Assembly (NCBI GenBank): GCA_003133025.1
Contig: PKZK01000090.1
Location: 10,376 to 26,728 of the forward strand
From: Vulcanimicrobiota bacterium
GTDB taxonomy: Bacteria; Vulcanimicrobiota; Vulcanimicrobiia; Vulcanimicrobiales; Vulcanimicrobiaceae
Reading direction: 5' to 3'
Length of the DNA stretch: 16,353 bases
Part shown: positions 1 through 7,046 of the stretch, piece after piece
Numbering within the stretch: the stretch's first letter is position 1
Layout: every line of letters begins with the position of its first letter
Notes under the pieces: model-generated
Databases searched by the model: none
What the model was told of the DNA's origin: nothing
What the model saw: only the letters and a program-made list of their open reading frames with translations
Program-made: the position numbers and the translations under genes

Positions 1-862
1 CCATGCCGATGCCCATGAAGAGCACGATGGCGGGCGCGACGTCTTCCACGCCGCGGATTGCCGCGGCGACCAGCGTCTCGACCGCGCGGCGCGGACGCGT
101 GCTCAGCACGCCGAACAGCGCCGCGAGCGCGAACGCCGCGATCGCGTTGACGTCGAAGAAGAAATAGAGCGCGATCGGCAAGAACGGCGTGAGCAGCGCC
201 CAGGGCGCCACGCGCTTGCGCGTGATGGGCGCCTCGGCTTCGAGCGCCCAGGTGGCGTACCCGCGCTCGACGCGCAGACGCACGAGCGCGTACGCCAGTA
301 ACGCCAGAAGATCGAGGCCGCCGAGCACGAAGGCGTAGTGCTGCAGTTGCGCGCGCTCCACGCCGAAGGTCGTCGTGTAAAACTTCCACTGCGCGATGTT
401 GAAGATGAATCCCAGCGCATAGGCCAGCATGAAGAGCGTCGCCGCGGTGCGCCGCGGGACGCCGACGGTCAGCATGATCGGAAGCACGATCGAGCCGACC
501 ATGATGATCGCGCCGAGCCCGGTCAACGAGGTGAACAGCAGCGCGACCGCCGCGCACAGTGCGAGTGCCAAAACCATAGGCCGGTCGCCGCCGAACTCGG
601 CTGCATAATCCACGATCGTCTCGGCGATGCCGGTCGAGAGCGTCACCCGCGAGAGGAGCGCGCCGAAGATCGTGGTCACGATCACCGGCGCGAGCTTGAC
701 GGTACCCTCGACCAGAACCGAACCGAGGCCCGATAGCCCCGCGCCGGCGATCGCCGCCAGCGCCAAGGCCATGAGCGGCACCGCCAGCAGCGCGGGTAAG
801 GCGCGCGCGTACATCAGCGCCGCGCACAGCGCGAAAACCGCCAGCAGACCGAATCCGATCAC
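1..862 (-). CDS. Ion-transporter (IT) superfamily membrane permease, GntP/CitMHS-like; 3' end runs off the window
   Basis: Hand translation from GTG at 862 is open to base 1: MIGFGLLAVFALCAALMYARALPALLAVPLMALALAAIAG...IFGALLSRVTLSTGIAETIVDYAAEFGGDRP...LLFTSLTGLGAIIMVGSIVLPIMLTVGVP...IRGVEDVAPAIVLFMGIGM. It has many hydrophobic helices and the TGIAE..AE.GGD / LPIM..G pattern of GntP/citrate-transporter-like permeases. Absent from the ORF track because no stop lies in the window. Confidence 0.8.
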   Translation of the reverse strand, partial: MIGFGLLAVFALCAALMYARALPALLAVPLMALALAAIAGAGLSGLGSVLVEGTVKLAPVIVTTIFGALLSRVTLSTGIAETIVDYAAEFGGDRPMVLALALCAAVALLFTSLTGLGAIIMVGSIVLPIMLTVGVPRRTAATLFMLAYALGFIFNIAQWKFYTTTFGVERAQLQHYAFVLGGLDLLALLAYALVRLRVERGYATWALEAEAPITRKRVAPWALLTPFLPIALYFFFDVNAIAAFALAALFGVLSTRPRRAVETLVAAAIRGVEDVAPAIVLFMGIGM

Positions 863-901
863 CCGGGTACTCGCGCCGGACGTGTGGAAAGCCGCCGCAC
901 A

Positions 902-1909
902 ATGGCGACCGATTCCGAGCGCCTCGACGATTTTATTGCTGCGGCGAAGGCGCGAGGCGTCTCCGACGAGTTCGCGGTCGCGTTGCTTCGCCAGAACGGC
1001 TGGTCCGAACGGCGCATCTATCAGGCCTTCTCGACATACTACGAGAGAGTCCTAGGCGCGCCGCTCCCGAGCCGCGGCGGACGCTTCGAATACGCGAGCG
1101 AGGCGTTCTTCTACCTGTTGGCCTTCATCTCGCTGTCGATTTGGGCTACCGCGCTCTGGTCGCTGTTCGAAGCCGTGATCGACCGGCATTTTCCCAATCC
1201 GGCCGAGTACGCGGGCTACGACAACTTCCGCCAGACGATCACGCTGCAGCTCGCCGCCCTGATCGTCGCCTTTCCCATCTTCGCCTGGGTGAGCCGCAGC
1301 ATCGCCCAACGACTGCGCAACCGGCCGGAATCCGCCGAGTCGGGCGTGCGCGCGTGGCTGACCTATGTGGCGCTCACGATCGCCTCAGTGATCGCGCTGG
1401 GCGATACGATCTACTTCGTCGGAGCCTTTCTCCGTGGCGACGTGACCACGCGCCTCGTGCTCAAGACGCTCGTGATCTTGGCGCTGACCGGCGGCATCAT
1501 CTCCTACTACGTGAGCACCGTGCGCGGAAAAGCGCTCGACCTCGTCCGCGATCGTGGCTATGCGGCGGCGGCGGTGGCCGGGGTCGCGCTCGGCTTGGGT
1601 TTCGGCTTCTTCGACACCGGTTCGCCGCAGCACCAGCGTTTCGTGACGCTCGACGAGCGGCGCATCTCCGACATCGGAGCGCTGCAACGCGAGCTGGACG
1701 ATACGAAGATCCTCCCGGCCACCCTCGCGGGCCTCAAACGTCCGATCTTCGGCAACGACACGCGCAAGGATCCGGTGACCGACGATTTCTACGAGTATGC
1801 GCGCCTCGAAGGCAGGCATTATCGCATCTGCGCAACCTTCGACACCGACGACACGCAACGCCAAGACGGCTTCGCACACCCCGCCGGTCACACGTGCTTC
1901 AATCGTTAG
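902..1909 (+). CDS. DUF5671-like multi-pass membrane protein with a C-terminal pilin/pseudopilin-like extracytoplasmic domain
   Basis: ORF 884..1909; ATG at 902 preferred (MATDSERLDDFIAAAKARG). About five TM helices (FFYLLAFISLSIWATAL; LAALIVAFPIF; VRAWLTYVALTIAS..GD....FL.GD.T.R...K), then DERRISD...LP..L..L...DP.T...YEY......Y.ICATF...HTCF. Confidence 0.75.
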   Translation: MATDSERLDDFIAAAKARGVSDEFAVALLRQNGWSERRIYQAFSTYYERVLGAPLPSRGGRFEYASEAFFYLLAFISLSIWATALWSLFEAVIDRHFPNPAEYAGYDNFRQTITLQLAALIVAFPIFAWVSRSIAQRLRNRPESAESGVRAWLTYVALTIASVIALGDTIYFVGAFLRGDVTTRLVLKTLVILALTGGIISYYVSTVRGKALDLVRDRGYAAAAVAGVALGLGFGFFDTGSPQHQRFVTLDERRISDIGALQRELDDTKILPATLAGLKRPIFGNDTRKDPVTDDFYEYARLEGRHYRICATFDTDDTQRQDGFAHPAGHTCFNR

Positions 1910-3957
1910 GGCGCGGCCGCGCCGCCTAGCGCCTCATCGAACGACGGTAGGGTCTTTCGCTCCGTATAGCCGTAGGTTGCGTTTTGGATGCGGTCGGCGC
2001 GTTCGATCGCGCGGCCGGCGGCGAGGTGGTAACGTTCGAGCACGGCGGCCTCGTGGCCCGGACGGCTTTCGTAATCCCAGGCGGCGCGCACCAGCGGGGC
2101 GACTTCGAGCAGCGCGTCGCGCTCTTCCCAGAAGAGATACTTGCTCACGAAGAGGCCGCGGTAGACGAGGTTGTCGTGCTTGCCGTCGGCGTTGGCCCGC
2201 GCGTCGTCGTAGTAGCCGCGCGCTTCGCTCGCGATCTGGAAGCGGCGCGCCAGCAGATCGTAGCGTCGCGCGGCCAGGTGCATGACCGCCGCGGCGTTCG
2301 CATGTAAGGGCGGAGGCGGTGCGAGTCGCAGATGTTCGATCACGCTTTCAGCCGCCAGGCGAATCGCGGAGAGATCCAGCTGCTTCGCAACGCCCGCCAG
2401 GTCGGGATCGAACGGATCCGACCAAAACAGATAGTCACCATACTCGCGCGGGTTGCCGCGCAGCAGCGTGCGCATGCGGCCGAGCGCAGCCAGATCGGCG
2501 CCGTATCGGCCATCGGTCGTGCCGAAGAACGCCGCGGGGAAGTCGGCCGCGAACCGCGCCGGATCGACGTGGCCGCGTTCCCACGCGCTCGCACCCGCGT
2601 AGAGCACGGGATACCACGTCGCCTCGTAGAGCGTCTCGCCGTCGTCGTGCCAGACCGTCTGGAAGAGGCCGAGCACGTGCGCGCCCTTGCCCTCGTCGAC
2701 GAACGTGCCGATGTTTGCCACGGCCTGATCGATGTCCGGATAGATCTCGTTCCAGTTGAGCGCGCCGGGCGCCACCATCTGCGCGAAGCCGCCTTTGGCG
2801 ATGCGCTCGATGTAGGGCAGATAACTCTTCTCGGCGCCGTAGTGCCAATTCACGAAAACCAGATCCTTGGGCAGAGCGCCGAAGAGTTCGGGATGGCGCG
2901 CGAGCGCGTCGTCCCAGATCATCGGGCGTCCGCCGCCGTGCGCGCTCACGAAGTTCGCCGTCTCGACGACGTGTTGCGTGTAGACCGGTCCCTCGCCGCG
3001 TTCGTCGACCAACGCTTTGGATAACCCGCGGCCCAAATCCGACGGCTCGTCGGAGCCGATGTGAAAGAACGGTGGATGCGGCACCGCGCGCAGTTCGTCG
3101 AGGATCAAGTCGCGCACGTAGGCTTCGCTGCCGGACACTGCCGGCGAGAGCAAATAGCCGTGGGGCAGTTCGGCGAGCGGCGCGTACTGCTCCCAGCGCA
3201 ACGTGTTGTGCATGTGCGCGAAGGTCTGCTGCTCGGGAATGAACGCGACGTGATAGCGCCGCGCGTACGCGTCGAGTTCGCGGAGCTGACCTTCCGTGAT
3301 GCCGTCGAGCGGCGCGGGCAGCGGGTGCTTGGGGTCGACGAAGACGTGTTCCATGTACGGCGAGTAGCCGTTCATCTTGAACGCGGCGATCGTGCGAATG
3401 CGCTCTTTGAAATAGCGCATGGTCGGTAACGGGCCGCGCGAGACGTCGTCGGAGAGCACGCGCCACCGCAGCGCGGGCGCGTCGTCGATGGCGACGCAGG
3501 GCAACTCCCAACCGTGCGCGCCGGGCCGCGCGAGTTGGGCCAGGGTCATCGCGGCGTAAAATGCCCCGGCCGCGTCGACCGACTCGATGCGCACGCCGTC
3601 GGCGCCGACCCGCAACCGGTAGGCCTCGGCGCTCAGGGGAGCGCGAACCATACGGAAAGCGACCGGCGTGCCGCTGGGAACCACGCCCTGGGCGCCCCAC
3701 CGCTCGGCGACCAGTTCGCGGGCCTCAGGCGCCAAGGCCGGCTCGGCCCGCCAGGCGCGCCAGACCGCGCCGGCCGGGATGCCGCAGCCGGGGGTCACCC
3801 CCACGGAGGCGGGCCGGGGCACGAGGTGCAGCCCCGTCTCAGCGGCGCCGGCCCGGCTCAGCTCGACGGCTTGCATGCCGATACTCAGCAGTACGAGGCC
3901 AGCGATTCGGGCAAAAAATGCGCCCCCGCCGAGGCGGAGGCGCTCACACTCACTCAC
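1906..3957 (-). CDS. Glycoside hydrolase family 20 (beta-N-acetylhexosaminidase-like); start uncertain (GTG 3957 or ATG 3876)
   Basis: LVPRP, then EAYRLRV...GAFYAAMTLAQL (GH20 N-terminal domain), IDDAPALRWRVLSDDVSRG, FIPEQQTFAH, catalytic FHIGSDE (HxGxDE), MIWDD and VNWHY. Confidence 0.88.
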   Translation of the reverse strand: MSECERLRLGGGAFFARIAGLVLLSIGMQAVELSRAGAAETGLHLVPRPASVGVTPGCGIPAGAVWRAWRAEPALAPEARELVAERWGAQGVVPSGTPVAFRMVRAPLSAEAYRLRVGADGVRIESVDAAGAFYAAMTLAQLARPGAHGWELPCVAIDDAPALRWRVLSDDVSRGPLPTMRYFKERIRTIAAFKMNGYSPYMEHVFVDPKHPLPAPLDGITEGQLRELDAYARRYHVAFIPEQQTFAHMHNTLRWEQYAPLAELPHGYLLSPAVSGSEAYVRDLILDELRAVPHPPFFHIGSDEPSDLGRGLSKALVDERGEGPVYTQHVVETANFVSAHGGGRPMIWDDALARHPELFGALPKDLVFVNWHYGAEKSYLPYIERIAKGGFAQMVAPGALNWNEIYPDIDQAVANIGTFVDEGKGAHVLGLFQTVWHDDGETLYEATWYPVLYAGASAWERGHVDPARFAADFPAAFFGTTDGRYGADLAALGRMRTLLRGNPREYGDYLFWSDPFDPDLAGVAKQLDLSAIRLAAESVIEHLRLAPPPPLHANAAAVMHLAARRYDLLARRFQIASEARGYYDDARANADGKHDNLVYRGLFVSKYLFWEERDALLEVAPLVRAAWDYESRPGHEAAVLERYHLAAGRAIERADRIQNATYGYTERKTLPSFDEALGGAAAP
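3913..3943 (-). terminator. Rho-independent terminator / attenuator hairpin
   Basis: Minus strand reads GCGCCTCCGC-CTCG-GCGGGGGCGC-ATTTTTT: a 10-bp stem (9 G-C plus 1 G-U), 4-nt loop, then A and U6. Confidence 0.75.
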
Positions 3958-4035
3958 TCACCCACCAACCCGAATGAACATTCCCGCCGTGGGACCATGT
4001 GCTCGCCGAGCGATGATGACCGTGAGGTACCGCAC
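3958..4035 (-). CDS. Putative 25-aa leader peptide (uORF) MRYLTVIIARRAHGPTAGMFIRVGG
   Basis: GTG at 4035 lies 10 nt after a perfect AAGGAGG (4046-4052). TGA at 3958-3960 abuts the GH20 GTG (3957) and lies 14 nt before the terminator stem. Confidence 0.55.
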   Translation of the reverse strand: MRYLTVIIARRAHGPTAGMFIRVGG

Positions 4036-4045
4036 TTGCGGCCAG

Positions 4046-4052
4046 CCTCCTT
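4046..4052 (-). promoter_or_regulatory. Shine-Dalgarno AAGGAGG of the leader ORF
   Basis: Plus strand cctcctt, in an A-rich minus-strand context (CAAAAGAAGGAGG). It is the only strong SD I found before any start in the window. Confidence 0.6.
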
Positions 4053-4117
4053 CTTTTGTCTGAAGCCTTTTTGCGGGGGCGGGGGAAGTCGCGACCGAGG
4101 CCGCCGAACGAGCGGCG

Positions 4118-5923
4118 ATGGCGCTGAGTGGGTTCGACTGGGCCGTCGTCGCGGCGTTTTTTGGGCTCAACCTGGCCATCGGCCTCGCGTACGCCCGGCG
4201 CGGCGGTTCGAGCTTCAGCGAGTTCTTCCTGAGCGGCCGCAACGTGCCGTGGTGGCTGGCCGGCATCTCGATGGTCGCCACCACCTTCGCGGTCGACACG
4301 CCGCTGGCGGTGACGGGCTTCGTGGCCAAGCACGGGATCGCGGGCAATTGGGTCTGGTGGAGTTCGGTGATGTCGGGCATCCTCACCGTCTTCTTCTTCG
4401 CCAAACTCTGGCGCCGCTCGGGCGTGCTCACCGACGTCGAATTCATCGAATTGCGTTATTCGGGGCGCTCGGCCGCGGCTCTGCGCCTGGTGCGCGCGAT
4501 CTTCCAGGGCGTCATCGTCAACACGATCATCATGGGCTGGGTCAATCTGGCCATGGCCAAGATTCTCTCGCTCACGTTGCACGTGCCGAAGCTCGAAGCG
4601 CTCGCGGTGTGCCTGGTCTTCACGGGCATCTACGTGACGATCGGCGGCCTCTGGGGCGTGCTCGTGACCGACGTGCTGCAATTCGCCGTCAAGTTGTCGA
4701 TGGCCGTCGTGCTGGCCGTCGCGTCGGTGGCCGCCGTGGGCGGCATCGGCCCGCTCGAGAGCAAGCTCGCCGCGCTCGACGCCGCGCACGAGATCGGGGC
4801 CGGCGGCTCGATTCTCGCCTTCTTCCCCACGGGCGATGCGGCGTGGCTGCCCGCGCTGACGCTGGTCACGTATCTCGCCGTGCAGTGGTGGGCCTCGTCG
4901 TATCCCGGCGCCGAACCGGGCGGAGGCGGCTACATCGCGCAACGCATCTTCAGCGCGCGCAGCGAGAACGATTCGCTCGCGGCGACGCTCTTCTTTAACG
5001 TCGCGCACTACGCGCTGCGGCCGTGGCCGTGGATTTTGGTCGCACTCGCCGCGCTCGTACTCTACCCGCACGGCGTCGTCGGCGCCGACGGTAAGGTCGA
5101 TCCGGAATTAGGTTACGTGCAGGCCATGATCGATCATCTGCCGCTCTCGTTGCGCGGCCTGATGATGGCCGGCTTCCTGGCCGCCTACATGTCGACGATC
5201 GGCACGCACTTGAACCTCGGCGCCTCGTACCTGACCAACGACCTCTACAAGCGCTTCCTCAATCCCGGTGCGAGCGATGCGCACTACGTCACCGTCTCGC
5301 GCGTCGCAACCGTGATCGTGATGTTTCTCGCGGCCTACGGCGCCTACACGATGACCTCCGTGGGCAACGCCTGGATATATCTTTTCAATCTCACCGCGGG
5401 GGTGGGACTGGTCATGATCCTGCGCTGGTATTGGTGGCGGGTGAACGCGTGGAGCGAGATCTCGGCGCTGGTCGCGTCGGCGGTAGTGTCGAACGCGTTG
5501 ACGCTCTTCAACGTCTTCACCGGACCCAACGCGACCGCGCAGATTCTGCTGGTCACCGTGCCCGTCACCACGCTCGTGTGGCTCGCCGTGACGTTCGCGA
5601 CCAAACCCGACGACCAGGAAACGCTCGTGCGCTTCTTCGAGCGCGTGCGCCCGAGTGCGCTCGGCTGGAAGCCGATCGCGCGCATCGCCTCCCCGGGTGC
5701 CGGCCAAGAGTCGCTCGGGCTCAACGCACTCGATTGGATCGCAGGCTGCGGCCTCGTCTACGGCACGCTCTTCGGCATCGGCAAACTCGTACTCGGCGAC
5801 CTGACCCAGGGCGCGATCTACATCGCGGTAGCGATCGTTTGCGGCGCGACGATCGCCTACAACATCGCGCGCACGAGCGAGCCCGACCTACCCGAAACGC
5901 TCGAACCCGCGCAGTCGGGTTAG
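4118..5923 (+). CDS. Sodium:solute symporter (SSS/SLC5-like) family transporter
   Basis: 601 aa, highly hydrophobic. Motifs EFFLSGRNVPWWLAGISMVATTF, EFIELRYS, YVTIGGLWGVLVTDVLQF, YIAQRIFSARS, GLMMAGFLAAYMST, NDLYKRF, LRWYWWRVNAWSEI. Confidence 0.92.
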   Translation: MALSGFDWAVVAAFFGLNLAIGLAYARRGGSSFSEFFLSGRNVPWWLAGISMVATTFAVDTPLAVTGFVAKHGIAGNWVWWSSVMSGILTVFFFAKLWRRSGVLTDVEFIELRYSGRSAAALRLVRAIFQGVIVNTIIMGWVNLAMAKILSLTLHVPKLEALAVCLVFTGIYVTIGGLWGVLVTDVLQFAVKLSMAVVLAVASVAAVGGIGPLESKLAALDAAHEIGAGGSILAFFPTGDAAWLPALTLVTYLAVQWWASSYPGAEPGGGGYIAQRIFSARSENDSLAATLFFNVAHYALRPWPWILVALAALVLYPHGVVGADGKVDPELGYVQAMIDHLPLSLRGLMMAGFLAAYMSTIGTHLNLGASYLTNDLYKRFLNPGASDAHYVTVSRVATVIVMFLAAYGAYTMTSVGNAWIYLFNLTAGVGLVMILRWYWWRVNAWSEISALVASAVVSNALTLFNVFTGPNATAQILLVTVPVTTLVWLAVTFATKPDDQETLVRFFERVRPSALGWKPIARIASPGAGQESLGLNALDWIAGCGLVYGTLFGIGKLVLGDLTQGAIYIAVAIVCGATIAYNIARTSEPDLPETLEPAQSG

Positions 5924-6645
5924 TCCGAGCCCGGCGCGACGAGCCGGGGCAGCACGTCAGCGGCGCTGCCGCGCAGCGTCACCTGCGCGTACGACGAGAG
6001 CGGCGTCGTCTCGGGATTGACCTCGACGACGAGCGCGCCTTCCGGCGCGAGCGTCGCGAGCGATGCGGCGGGCTGCACCTGGCCCGACGTGCCCACCACG
6101 AGCAACACGTCGGCCCGCGCCGCGGCGGCGACCGCAGCCTTCCACACGTCCTCCGGCAACGCTTCGCCGAACCAAACGATGTCCGGACGAAAGCACCCGC
6201 CGCACGCGTGCGCGATGCCGGCGAAGCGCACGCCGGGCTCGAGCGGACGTCGCGCGGCGCAGCGATTGCAGCGCGCTTCGCGCAAGTTACCGTGCAGTTC
6301 GAGCACGTTCCGCGAACCGGCGCGAAAGTGCAGCGAGTCGACGTTCTGCGTGACCAGCGTGAAGTCGCCGATCCGCGCTTCGAGTTCGGCTAAAGCGCGG
6401 TGTCCCGCGTTGGGCTCGACCTCCGCGTGCTTGGCACGCCGCTCGTCGTACCACGTCCAGACGAGCTGCGGATCGCGTGCGAAGCCTTGGGGCGACGCCA
6501 GTTGCTCTACGCGATGCTCGCGCCACAGCCCGCCGGCGCCGCGAAACGTGGGCAGGCCGCTTTCGGCCGAGATGCCCGCGCCCGTGAGCACGCAGACCGA
6601 GCGCGCCTCGCTCAGGCGCTGCCGGGCGAGCGACTCACCGTTCAC
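5920..6645 (-). CDS. cobB: NAD-dependent protein deacylase (class III sirtuin)
   Basis: TGAGISAESGLPTFRG, WYDERR (YxxR), PNAGH, TQNVDSLH..AGS, ELHG, RPDIVWFGE, GTSGQVQPAA, VNPE. Start set at GTG 6645, which overlaps the upstream stop (GTGA); the longer ORF-track start at 6867 lies inside the upstream gene. Confidence 0.93.
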   Translation of the reverse strand: MNGESLARQRLSEARSVCVLTGAGISAESGLPTFRGAGGLWREHRVEQLASPQGFARDPQLVWTWYDERRAKHAEVEPNAGHRALAELEARIGDFTLVTQNVDSLHFRAGSRNVLELHGNLREARCNRCAARRPLEPGVRFAGIAHACGGCFRPDIVWFGEALPEDVWKAAVAAAARADVLLVVGTSGQVQPAASLATLAPEGALVVEVNPETTPLSSYAQVTLRGSAADVLPRLVAPGSD

Positions 6646-6968
6646 GCCGCGCGGCGTTCGTTTTCCGGTTTGGTAGCGTTCGCGCGACGCGCGTCGAGCG
6701 TGTGGATGGTGGCCATGCGCTGTCCGCCGCCACGCGGTTTCTGCGGCGGCGGGCCGCTCTCCAGATAGGTGTAGATGTTGGCCGCGGCCCCGGCAAGCGC
6801 CATGATGCCCCACAGGCCGAAGAAAACGAACGTCGGCTCGACCGGCCGGCCGTGGGCGGTGGCCCACAGCGGAAAGCCGATCGAGGCAAAGATGCAGGAC
6901 AGCCCTCCGGCGGCCGCGAGGCCGGCCGCCACGAGGAACTGGGGGTCACGCTCTTTCCGCGCCTTCAT
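6642..6968 (-). CDS. Small hypothetical membrane protein (2 TM helices, basic Pro/Gly tail), 108 aa
   Basis: FLVAAGLAAAGGLSCIFASIGFPLW and FVFFGLWGIMALAGAAANIYTYL. It has its own promoter upstream and a GTGA stop/start overlap with cobB. Confidence 0.7.
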   Translation of the reverse strand: MKARKERDPQFLVAAGLAAAGGLSCIFASIGFPLWATAHGRPVEPTFVFFGLWGIMALAGAAANIYTYLESGPPPQKPRGGGQRMATIHTLDARRANATKPENERRAA

Positions 6969-6977
6969 GTGCGTCTC

Positions 6978-7006
6978 AATCTAAGCCTACCGGCTTCGCG
7001 TTTCAA
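6978..7006 (-). promoter_or_regulatory. Sigma70-type promoter for the small-membrane-protein/cobB operon
   Basis: Minus strand TTGAAA (7006-7001), 17-nt spacer, TAGATT (6983-6978), then 9 nt to ATG 6968 with no SD (leaderless or near-leaderless). Confidence 0.6.
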
Positions 7007-7046
7007 GAGCGAGGGCAGAATTTCCGATGGGACGAAGCGAAGAGAT

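Noticed and set aside
863..3886. Shared GAGTA-N5-start motif before the permease GTG (862) and GH20 ATG (3876) as an ECF -10 element
   Set aside because: Only two instances of a 5-mer with no matching -35 element; cannot be told from chance.
3958..4035. Small ORF as a type I toxin
   Set aside because: The hydrophobic stretch (YLTVIIA) is too short for a TM helix, and I see no terminated antisense RNA on the plus strand.
4043..4057. cctccttctttt as a 16S rRNA 3' end (anti-SD)
   Set aside because: No flanking rRNA sequence; it is the complement of a minus-strand SD.
3913..4117. T-box, fluoride riboswitch, glmS or hammerhead ribozyme in the GH20/SSS intergenic region
   Set aside because: No UGGNACC T-box before the terminator and no recognisable consensus of the others; an Rfam search would be the proper test.
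5920..6645. Sirtuin as a SIR2 anti-phage (Thoeris/DSR-type) NADase
   Set aside because: It is a compact single-domain class III CobB with zinc subdomain and substrate motifs, with no TIR, Argonaute or HerA partner nearby.
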